A stretch of DNA of 64,000 nucleotides. Origin: an uncultured Gemmatimonadaceae bacterium (GTDB lineage Bacteria > Gemmatimonadota > Gemmatimonadetes > Gemmatimonadales > Gemmatimonadaceae). Below the pieces are notes generated by a model that was not told the origin of the DNA, made no database searches, and saw only the letters and a program-made list of their open reading frames with translations. Of this stretch, positions 32,407-41,899 are shown in pieces; positions within the stretch are counted from its first letter, which is position 1, and each line of letters opens with the position of its first letter. A program made the translations under genes and the position numbers. Where the stretch lies: positions 896,001-960,000 of the forward strand of contig CAWHHI010000020.1 in assembly GCA_963829055.1 (NCBI GenBank), read 5' to 3'.

Positions 32407-33298
32407 TCATCGGCGCGCCGTTCGGCCGCCTAACGACGCCAGCAGACTCGGTAACACGTCGTGGATGGTCGTGGCGCCGGCTAACGCGCGATCACCTTCC
32501 GGACGCACTCGGCCCGACTCGAAGCACGCGTACAGCTCGGCCACGGTTTCAGCGAACGGCTGCGGCAGGCCCGCTTGCATGAGCGCGCCTGCCCGCGCTG
32601 CTGCCGGCACGTCGACCACCTGAAGCTGTTTGCCGAGCGCGGAACCTAACGCCAACGCGAGGTCGCGGGATGAGTAGGAGGGGCCTGTGAGGTCGATGAT
32701 TTCGCTAGTGGGCGGAGGCGACACCAGCAGCGAGGCCGCGACGCGACCGACATCGCGCGTCGCGATGGTCGGGAACGGCGCGTCCGCCGACGCCATGAAG
32801 TTCGGGTAGATCCCCGCCGCGGTCGCCGGCCCGAGCATCGCGCCGACGTTTTCCTGAAACCAGCACGCCCGGATGATCGACAGCGTCGTGCCGGTCGTCC
32901 GGAGCGCGCGCTCGAGATAGTGCAGATCCTTCGCCGGGCCGTTGCCGTCCGCGAGCGACGCCGCCACCGCGGACATGCACGACGACATGCGGCACTCGGC
33001 TCGCCCGCACCGCCGTCGCCATCGCGTCCGCCATCGCGCGCCGAGCGCCGTGAAAGTCCGCGGCGAAGGGATCTTCCGGGAGGAGCGCGAAGAATCCGTC
33101 CACTCCGTGGAGCGTGCGGGTCAGGAACTCGGCATCGTCGAGCGATCCGTACGCGGCTTCGCCCCCTCCGATGGCCCAGGCCACACCACGCTCCGCGTCC
33201 CGTGCGATCCCGGTCACGCGGTGCTGCTGCGCGAGCAGCTCGCGGGCAACGACAGACCCAACCCGTCCGGTGACACCGGCGACGACGTACGTGGCCAT
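32407..33298 (-). CDS. NmrA-like NAD(P)H-binding protein; frameshift near 32980
   Basis: VAGVTGRVG; continues in the second frame HYLERAL...IRACWFQEN, IATRDVG, LTGP. Confidence 0.85.
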
Positions 33299-33321
33299 AA
33301 TACCCCTCAGTATTCCTCGAC

Positions 33322-33906
33322 CTACTTGCCGCTAGGTGGCGAGCGTTCGGCGGGTGGCGTGCTACAGCGGACATCGGCCGGCGGATACGTTGACGCTATC
33401 TCGAATGGTGCGTTCTCGTCAACATCCGGCCACGGAAGCCCTCGGCCGGTCGATGCGATCGCCGTGAGCATGCGGCCGTGGCGTCCCAGCGCCTCGTCGG
33501 CGAGCGCGACCAGCTTCTCGTTAGGCCTGACGGATGGGCTCACCTGGCGTAGTGCCACGGCAATCTCGTGCTCGCTCGCGCCGGGATTCCGCGCGCACGC
33601 CACGATGAATGCCGCGGCCGGCGAGCGCCCCATGCCCGCTCGGCAATGAATGAGGAGTGGCGCGTCCTGGCGCCAGTCGGCGGCGAAGGCGAGCAGCTCT
33701 GCCACGTGCGCGCTCGAGGGGATGACGTGACCGTCAGCAGCCGAGTGGCGATCGTGAAACCGGAGCTTGAGATGCCGCTCGGCGTAGCGAGGACCCGCGT
33801 CCGGAAAGGCGAACTCGGGATCGAGCATGCTGATGATGCGTTCAGGCTTCCGCGCCGCGACGAGCGCCGTGACCTGCGACAGCGGGCAGACGAGAATGGC
33901 CGTCAT
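33322..33906 (-). CDS. Protein-tyrosine/dual-specificity phosphatase-like protein
   Basis: P-loop LLIHCRAGMGRSPAAA; LRFHD; VRPN. Confidence 0.88.
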   Translation of the reverse strand: MTAILVCPLSQVTALVAARKPERIISMLDPEFAFPDAGPRYAERHLKLRFHDRHSAADGHVIPSSAHVAELLAFAADWRQDAPLLIHCRAGMGRSPAAAFIVACARNPGASEHEIAVALRQVSPSVRPNEKLVALADEALGRHGRMLTAIASTGRGLPWPDVDENAPFEIASTYPPADVRCSTPPAERSPPSGK

Positions 33907-33978
33907 CTAGAGGCGGGACAGCCGCCACCACGCGATGAGCAGCGCAATGCCGATGCCTATCACCTTCACGGTGTGCAT
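33907..33978 (-). CDS. 23-aa hydrophobic small ORF (MHTVKVIGIGIALLIAWWRLSRL)
   Basis: GAGGGAG RBS before the ATG; its TAG abuts the phosphatase ATG; below the ORF-track size cut-off. Confidence 0.55.
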   Translation of the reverse strand: MHTVKVIGIGIALLIAWWRLSRL

Positions 33979-33995
33979 GTGTGTTGGCTCCCTCG

Positions 33996-34517
33996 TTAGG
34001 TGCCCGGCGGTAGCGCGCCCTGGTCGCCGCGTCCGGTCGGGGCTTCGAGTGATTCCTTCGCCTCAGCCGCCGCGAGCGCACGCTCCGCCAACGCGAGCTC
34101 GAGCTCACCGGCAAACTCGCGACCCAGTTCCAGATCCGCGCCGCGCAGTCGAAGCGCCAACTCCGCGGGGTGATCCAGGCTGAGGCCCGCCGCGCCGGCC
34201 ACTTCCTCGAACGCGCGGAGGTCTGCTGCCGTCAGCACCAGGTGCATGACCGGCGGCCAGCCCCATCGGCGCCGTACGGTCGCGCCGGCTACGGCGCTCA
34301 ACGGCACCGTTACCTCGCGCACTGGCTCCACTTCCTTGTCGGTCCGGATCTGCCAGCCGACGCGCTCGGTGGACCGCGCCACGCGCCACTGGATGTGGAG
34401 CTCGTCACCGTCCAGCCGGAGCAATCCGTGCACCGTCTCCTTCGTCGACGTGATCTCGAAACCCACCACGTCGTGCTTGCGGTGGATCACGAACGGAACG
34501 GCAGCGGAGTGCGGCAT
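33996..34517 (-). CDS. Hypothetical protein
   Basis: Coherent 173-aa ORF (HGLLRLDGDELHIQWR...LTAADLRAFE) fitting the operon. Confidence 0.7.
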   Translation of the reverse strand: MPHSAAVPFVIHRKHDVVGFEITSTKETVHGLLRLDGDELHIQWRVARSTERVGWQIRTDKEVEPVREVTVPLSAVAGATVRRRWGWPPVMHLVLTAADLRAFEEVAGAAGLSLDHPAELALRLRGADLELGREFAGELELALAERALAAAEAKESLEAPTGRGDQGALPPGT

Positions 34518-34689
34518 GGTGCGTTAGGCTTTCAGAAGCTACTTGCTGCGTGCTGCGTGCACGAGGCACAGTGCTGGTTGCACGCAGCTCATGTTTCGTC
34601 TTGCCGCGACGCGGTGAACGCCGAATGTAGATTCTCCTGTGCGACGCGGCAATCGTGATCGTGGTTCACTCTCACCTGTCCAGTCGATC

Positions 34690-35721
34690 GTGACCCCCGG
34701 CATACCCAATCGACGAGGCGCGCTCACGACGCTTCTCGCGACTGTCCTTGCGACGATCGCGTGCGCCGGGAATGCCTCACCGCCGACCGGTAGCAACCCG
34801 CCCGGCGGCACGGGATCGACCATTCCGCCTGGCCCGTACGTCGTGGGGAAGTCGTACACTGGACGCAACGGCTACATCGAGTACATCGCGGGCAACGCGC
34901 CGCTCATCTACACGGCGCCACACGGCGGCGATCTACTGCCGGCCGAGATTCCCGATCGTACTGCGGCACGATGCGGTGGTTCGGCGACGACGTCCACCGA
35001 TCTCAATACCGAGGACCTCGTGCGCGCCATGCAGCAGCGCCATTTCGCGCGTTATGGTACGTACCCGCACATCATCATCAACCACCTCGCGCGGCGGAAG
35101 CTCGACGCGAATCGCCTCGAGCCGGAAGCCGCGTGCGGCAACGCCGCGGCGGCAATCGCGCTCGTCGAGTGGCACGCGTTCATCGACAGCGCGAAGGCGG
35201 CGGTCCTGCGTACGAGCCCGCGTGGCTGGTACATGGACATGCACGGCCACGGCCACGCGAAGCAGCGTCTCGAGCTCGGCTACCTGCTCACGAGTGGTCA
35301 GCTCGGGCTCTCCGATGCAGCGCTCGATGGCAATCGTGCGTTCCAGGATACCGCGAGCATGCGCACGGTGTCCGAAGCGTCGCCGCTCACGTTCTCCGCC
35401 CTGCTGCGCGGCGCGACGAGTCTCGGCGCCCTGTACGCCGCGAACGGATTCCCAGCGGTGCCGAGTGCGTCGGACCCGAGCCCGGGGGCCGACGATTACT
35501 TGAGCGGTGGGGACGACACGCGCCGCCACGCCTGCGGCGCGGAGGCGAACACGTTAGGCGGCGTGACCAACGGAATGATCTGCGGCGTGCAGATCGAGGC
35601 GAACTTGACCGGCGTGCGTGACACACAGGCGAACCGTGACCGCTTCGGCGACGCTACGGCCGCGGTGCTTGGACAGTACCTGTCGATGCACTGGGGAATG
35701 AGCTTCGGACCAACACGCTAG
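34690..35721 (+). CDS. Lipoprotein, N-formylglutamate amidohydrolase-like metallohydrolase; start uncertain
   Basis: IAC lipobox; TAPHGG; DLNT; RRKLDANR; DMHGHGH; GVQIE. Confidence 0.72.
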   Translation: MTPGIPNRRGALTTLLATVLATIACAGNASPPTGSNPPGGTGSTIPPGPYVVGKSYTGRNGYIEYIAGNAPLIYTAPHGGDLLPAEIPDRTAARCGGSATTSTDLNTEDLVRAMQQRHFARYGTYPHIIINHLARRKLDANRLEPEAACGNAAAAIALVEWHAFIDSAKAAVLRTSPRGWYMDMHGHGHAKQRLELGYLLTSGQLGLSDAALDGNRAFQDTASMRTVSEASPLTFSALLRGATSLGALYAANGFPAVPSASDPSPGADDYLSGGDDTRRHACGAEANTLGGVTNGMICGVQIEANLTGVRDTQANRDRFGDATAAVLGQYLSMHWGMSFGPTR

Positions 35722-35898
35722 CGTTGTCATTCCGAGCGGAAGTCGTCATTCCGAGCGGAGCGCGAGCGCGGAGTCGAGGAATCGTGCGATTCCCGGTAGA
35801 GGGCCCTCTACCGGGACGAGTCTCGATTCCTCGACTGCGGCCGTCGGCCTTCGCTCGCGAGCTGACAGCCGAGCTGGCGCTCGCTCGGAATGACAACG
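35722..35898. repeat. REP/MITE-like palindromic element, copy 3 (inverted relative to copy 1)
   Basis: 17-bp terminal IR CGTTGTCATTCCGAGCG...CGCTCGGAATGACAACG; central perfect palindrome 35791-35816; fills the gap between two stop codons exactly. Confidence 0.92.
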
Positions 35899-36705
35899 TC
35901 AGCGCGGCTTCTCCGCGAGGTATGCATAACGCGACAGCCGGTGCTCGACGGACAGCGTGTGCACGCACAGCAGAAAGCGCTGGAGCCCATCGAAGTTTGA
36001 TTCGCCTTCTCTCGCCACGAGTGCGTCCCGCTGCCGCGCGCGCGCGTCGTGCCATCGACGCGCGACGTCCGCGGCGTTCTGCGTGACGTCCTCGACGCTC
36101 AGCACCGCGAAGCCCGCCGCCGCGAGCAGCCGCTCATTCTCGCCCGGAGGCACGAAGAGGTAGTACCCGATGGAACTGCGCGTCGCGATCTCCTCGTGCG
36201 ACACCGTCCCCGTGATGACCATCGCGTCCGTGAACAGCACGCGCCCGCCCGGTCGCAGCACGCGAAACCAGTCGCGCAGCACCGTCGCCCGATCGCGGAT
36301 GTGGCACATGGCGTCATTCGACACTACCGCGTCGAACCGACCATCCGCGAACGGCAGCGGTTGACTCGCATCCACGGCCTGAAACTCCACACGATCAGCG
36401 ACGCCGCGCGCCTCGGCCAGCGCCGTCGCGTTGCGCACCCCGTGCGCGTTGAGGTCCACACCCGTTAGGCGGCAGCCGCGCGCGAGCGCGAGGTACACGG
36501 CGGGCCCGCCGGATCCGCTCCCGACCTCGAGCACGTCGGAGCTCGCGTCGATCGCGAGCTGGTCCGCGAACCGGAGCCACTCGGACGCCGTGAGCCAGCT
36601 ACTCTGGCCCATGTCCTCCCCGTACGTCTCGTGGCGCACGGTCGCCTCGGCGACGCTCGCGAAGTCGCCGTAGACGTGATCGTAGAGACGAACCTCACTG
36701 CTCAT
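35899..36705 (-). CDS. Class I SAM-dependent methyltransferase
   Basis: VLEVGSGSGG; GVDLN; LPFADGRFDAVVS; RVLRPGG. Confidence 0.92.
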   Translation of the reverse strand: MSSEVRLYDHVYGDFASVAEATVRHETYGEDMGQSSWLTASEWLRFADQLAIDASSDVLEVGSGSGGPAVYLALARGCRLTGVDLNAHGVRNATALAEARGVADRVEFQAVDASQPLPFADGRFDAVVSNDAMCHIRDRATVLRDWFRVLRPGGRVLFTDAMVITGTVSHEEIATRSSIGYYLFVPPGENERLLAAAGFAVLSVEDVTQNAADVARRWHDARARQRDALVAREGESNFDGLQRFLLCVHTLSVEHRLSRYAYLAEKPR

Positions 36706-36777
36706 GTTGTCTCCCGTCTGGTGGTGTGTGCTTGCTGCCTGTTCCTTGCACGTCGCATGGTGGCTGCAGCAGACCGC

Positions 36778-37182
36778 TCAGCCAGGCGTGAACGTGTAGC
36801 ACCACGCTTCCCCTTCGAGCACCGTCTCTCCCGTCTGCCGCGTGACGACGATCCGAAGTTGAGTGACCGGCTTCGTGGCGTGAACGCTGACGACTTCCGC
36901 CTCCGCCGTGATCGTGTCGTCGATGTACACGGGCGCCGTGAACTTCCACTGCTGGCTCAGGAACACCGAGCCCGGACCGGGCAGGTCCATCGCCACGAGT
37001 GCGTGCAACAGCCCAGTCGTTAGGCCTCCCTGCACCACGAGCGCGCCGAAGCGCGTGCGTGCCGCGAAGTCGGCGTCGAAGTGCAGCGGGTTGTAGTCGC
37101 CGGTGAGCGCGGCGAACGTCGCGACGTGGTGCGCCGTGAGCGTCAACGACCGGCGCGCGGTCTGGCCAACCTGAATCGCCAT
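36778..37182 (-). CDS. MaoC family (R)-enoyl-CoA hydratase/dehydratase
   Basis: FAALTGDYNPLHFD; LPGPGS; FTAPVYIDD. Confidence 0.92.
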   Translation of the reverse strand: MAIQVGQTARRSLTLTAHHVATFAALTGDYNPLHFDADFAARTRFGALVVQGGLTTGLLHALVAMDLPGPGSVFLSQQWKFTAPVYIDDTITAEAEVVSVHATKPVTQLRIVVTRQTGETVLEGEAWCYTFTPG

Positions 37183-37338
37183 GTCTTTCTGGAGCTATGG
37201 TAACGGCCTCGGGCCTCGGACCCATTGCCGAGTTGCAACATCGCGGCCGGCATCTGTCGTGTAGAGTGACCCTGAGCGCCTCGAGCGGAGAATGCGACAT
37301 CGGTCAGCCTCGTGGCTAGGATCTTATAAAGATCGGCT

Positions 37339-37570
37339 GAACGGCGCGAAATCCCGAACGGCGCCAAATCCCGAAGAGCGCGAAATCCCGAAGAGCGCCA
37401 GATGCCGAAGAGCGCGGAATCCCAGACGGCGCCCAACGGCGGTGCCGTTCCGCTCTTTGTCGCCGTTCGGGATTTCGCGCTGTCTGGCATTTCGCGCGTT
37501 CGGGATTTCGCGCCGTCTGGGATTTGGCGCCGTTCGGCATTCCGCGCCGTTCGGCCCCTGCGCCGTTTCA
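37339..37570. repeat. 17-bp tandem repeat array followed by its inverted array
   Basis: About 5-6 copies of GAA(C/G)(G/A)GCGC(G/C)AAATCCC, then about 6 copies of GGGATTT(C/G)GCGCCGTTC. Confidence 0.88.
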
Positions 37571-37696
37571 GCAGTTCGCCGTTTGCTCGACGCGCGTCTC
37601 GTCCGGACGTACTTTGTGTCCACGCCACGACCTTCCAGCAAGTCGAGCACGACCTGACATGAACACCCGCCTCGAAGCAGCGCGCAGGCCATAGCG

Positions 37697-40600
37697 ATGA
37701 ACGCGCGGGCGCTCTGTGCAGGAGCCTTGGCTCTGGTCGGCGCAGCCGCCGCTCCGCTACACGCGCAGGAACGCGTCGCGTTCAGACACCTGACGATCGC
37801 CGACGGACTCTCGCAGAACGCCGTCTCGGCCATCGTGCAGGACCGGCGCGGCTTCATGTGGTTCGGCACGAAGGACGGACTCAATCGCTACGACGGCTAC
37901 CAGTTCGTCGTCTTTCGCCACGACCCGTTCGATTCGACGTCGATCTCCGACAGCGAGATCACGACGCTGTTCGAGGACAGCCGCGGGCGCCTCTGGGTCG
38001 GCACGCGCGGCGGCGGCGTGAACCGGTTCGATCGCGCTCACGAGCGGTTCGACACGGGTGGCGGCGGGTCCGGCGCGTGACATCACGGCGATCGCCGAAG
38101 ACTCGAGCGGCGGCATCTGGGTCGGGTCGGCCGGCGAAGGGCTGTTCCGCCTAACGATCAACGCGCAACGGGCGAGGTCACCGTCGATCGATTCGTGCAT
38201 TCGCCGGCGGACGCCGTCGAGCCTCGGCGATGATCGCGTACGCGCGGTGCTGGTCGACCGCCGCGGCGTGCTGTGGGTCGGCACCGAGGCCGGTCTCGAC
38301 CGGCGTGAGCCGCGAGCAGCGCGGGATGTGGCGTTCACGCACTTCACGGTGCGATCGAACGCGCCACTCGCCCTCATCGACACGGCCGTCACGTGCGCTG
38401 CTACGAGGATTCGTCGCGGCCGGCTGTGGATCGGATCGGTGCCGGGCCTGAGCGCGTTCGACTCCGACAGAACGACGCATTCGCCACTACTACCACAGAT
38501 ACCGGACGTACCGGTACGGCTGGGGCATACGCCATCAGCCTCGCCGAGGATCGATCGGGCAGCTCTGGGTGTCGACCGCGCTCCGAGCTGATGCGTCTCG
38601 ATCCGTCGACCGGCGCGTTCACGTATTTCCGCCACGACCCGCTGAATCCCGAGAGCATCAACAGCGATCTGCCGACGCGGGTGTATCGCGATCGCTCCGA
38701 ATGTGATCTGGGTCGGCACGAACGGGTACGGCATCAACATCGTACGATCCGAAGGCGAATCGCTTCCAGACCTTCCGGCGTCCCGAGAACTGGACGTCTC
38801 GGCTGTCGGGGTTCAGCGTGTACACGCTGTTCGAGGATCGCTCGGAGACGCTCTGGATCGACGCCGGCCTGCTCTATCGGTGGAATCGCGCGACCGGCGA
38901 GCTCCGGAGCTTCGAGACCAGCTCGAACCGACCTAACGATTTCGGCAACACTGGCGTGTGGTCGATCGTCGAAGATCCACCCGGCTTTCTGTGGGCCGCG
39001 CACGTACCGCGGGCTCTATCACTACGAGATCGCGACCGGCCGGTCCCGCCAGTACCGATACGACCCGGCCGACTCCGCGGGCCTCCCCGAACAGGTGGTC
39101 GTACGACGTCCTTCGCGACCGCGACGGCGTGATCTGGGCAGTGACGGAGAATTTTCTCGTTAGGCTCGCCGACGCCGAGCGAGGCCGCTTCCAGCGCTTG
39201 CCGCTACAAGGAGCGACCGACAGCGCGGCAATGGATCTTCCCGTCCACGATCCAGGACTCGACCGGCGCGCTCTGGCTCGGGTCGGATCAGGGGCTCGCG
39301 CGGTTCGATCCGAAGACGGGGACGTTCCGGCACTATCCGCCACGATCCGCGCGTACCCGGCGAGCCTGAGTCACGACGCGATCCGCTGCGATTCTGCCCG
39401 ATCCGCGCGAGCCGAACCGCTTCCTGTGGGTCGGCACCGCCGGCGGCGGACTCAATCGACTCGACATCGACTCGGGCACCTTCGTGCACTTCACCGAGCG
39501 CGACGGCCTGCCTAACGATGTCGTGTACGCGGTCCTCGCCGATTCGAGCGGCCGGCTGTGGCTGAGCACGAACAAGGGATTGTCGCGGTTCGACCCGGCG
39601 ACGCAGGCAATTCCGGAACTACGACGCCAACGACGGACTCCAGAGCAACGAGTTCAACTCCGGCGCCGCGTTCAGGAGCCGGAGCGGTGAGATGTTCTTC
39701 GGCGGGCATCTATGGCTTCAACTACTTCCGGCCGGAGGCCATCCGTGACAACCCGAACGTCCCTGCGGTGGCGATCACCGGATTCCGTCGCGGAAATCGC
39801 TACGAGACCGTCCGCGACAGCGGGACCGTGCTGCGCACGCACGATCTCGGAGGCGGACACGCTGCGCCTCTCGTATCGCGACGCCGTGCTCACGTTCGAG
39901 TTCGCCGCGCTCGAGTACTCGGCCCCGGCCAAGAATCGTTACGCGTACCGGATGGTCGGCTTCAACGACGACTGGTTCGAGTCGGGCTCGGTGCGCGCGG
40001 CGACCTACACGAACCTGCCGCCGGGCCGACTACACGTTCCAGGTGCGGGCGAGCAACAACGACGGCGTGTGGAACGAGCAGGGTGCATCGCTCGCGATCC
40101 TGCATCGTGCCGCCGTGGTGGCGAACGTGGTGGGCGTACGCGCTCTACGGCGCGCTCGTGCTCGCGGCGCTGTACGGCGCGAGGCGCTACGAGATGAACC
40201 GGCTGCGTCTCGAGAACCGGCTCGAGATCGAGCAGCGTCGAAGGCGAGCAGCTGCGGGAGCTCGACCGCGCCCGCAGCCGCCTGTTCGCGAACGTGAGCC
40301 ACGAGTTCCGAACGCCGCTGACGCTGACGATGGGACCTCTCGACGATCTCCGCGCCGGGCTCCATGGACCGCTGTCGCCGGCGGCCGCCGAGCAGGTCGA
40401 TCTCGCGCGACGAAATGCCGGACGCGTGCTCGACCTCATCAACGAGATCCTCGAGCTGGCGCGCGCCGAGTCGGGACGAGAGACGGTCCACGCCAGGCGG
40501 GTCGACCTCGGGGCGTTCGTCGGCAGCGTCGCTCGCACGTTCGTGCCGCTGGCGGAGCGAAAGGCCATCGCCTACGACATCCAGGGTCCGGCCGGGGACA

Positions 40601-41893
40601 GCTCATCGTCTACGCGGACCCGGACCATCTCGACCGCGCGCTCTCGAACCTGCTCTCGAACGCCTTCAAGTTCACGCCCGACGGTGGCGCCGTCCGCGTG
40701 ACCGTCAGCGGCGACGAGATCTCGGCGCGCATCACGGTTCGCGACAGCGGCCCCGGAATCCCGGCGGCCGATCTCGATCTCATCTTCGATCGGTTCCACC
40801 GCGCGCGGACCGCCGGCACGCAGCCGGGAACGGGGATCGGGCTCGCGCTCGCGAAGGAGCTGATCGCGCTGCACGGCGGCTCCATCACCGTCGACAGCGA
40901 GGAGGGCTTCGGGAGCACGTTCACGGTCACGCTCCGAAAGGGACGCGCGCATCTCGCGCCCGAGCAGGTCGTCGACGACGGGATCGTCGTCGCGTCGGCC
41001 TCACCGCGCCGCTGGTCCACCGCCGGAGTTCCTGGCTCCGGCGTCTCCCATGCGAGACGTGCCTAACGTCGAGCGCCGGCCCGGAGGCGTCGACCGAGGA
41101 CGTCACGACCGTGCTCGTGGTCGACGACAACGCCGAGGTGCGCGCGTACGTGAGGCAGCATCTCGGCGCCGCGCTACCGGGTGCTCGAGGCGGTGAACGG
41201 ACGAACAGGGGCTCGCGATGGCGCGCCGCCCCCTGCCCGACCTCGTGCTCTCCGACGTCATGATGCCGGTGATGGACGGGTTCGCGCTCTGTCGCGCGCT
41301 CAAGTCGGATCCGGAGACGGACTTTCTGCCCGTCATCCTGCTGACGGCACGAGCCGAGGCAGAGGACAAGTTCACCGGGCTCGACGGAGCAGGCCGATGA
41401 CTACCTGACGAAGCCGTTCGACGTGCGCGAGCTGCTGGCGCGGATCGCGAACATCATCGCGATGCGCCGACGGCTCCGGGAACGGTTCGCGGGCGCGCCC
41501 CTAACGATTCATCCCGCACCGCGTGGACGTCGCGCCGGCGGACCGGAAGTTCGTCGACCAGGTTCGCGCGGCCATTGAGACGCACCTCGGCGACGAGGAA
41601 TTCACCGTCGAGCGCCTCGCCGGCGAGGTCGCGCAGAGCCGCGGCAACCTTCACCGCAGGCTGCGCGAGCTGATTGGGGAGAGCCCGTCGGATCTGATCC
41701 GGCGCATGCGGCTGGAGCGGGCGGCCGAGTTGCTGGAGGCCGGCGCCGGCATCGTGTCGCGGAGGTCGCGTACGCGGTCGGGTTCAAGAGCGTCGCGCAT
41801 TTCTCGAACGCCTTCCACGAGCTGCACGGGGTTCGCCCGTCGGCGTGGCGCGATCGGGCGTTTGCAAACGAGGCCGTGCGAAGGAGGCCGTAG
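37697..41893 (+). CDS. Hybrid two-component system (beta-propeller, Y_Y_Y, HisKA, HATPase, receiver, AraC HTH); many frameshifts
   Basis: [10 protein letters not shown]...[88 protein letters not shown]. Confidence 0.85.
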
Positions 41894-41899
41894 ATGGAG

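Noticed and set aside
37339..37570. CRISPR array
   Set aside because: The 17-bp units are contiguous with no unique spacers, half are inverted, and no cas genes are present.
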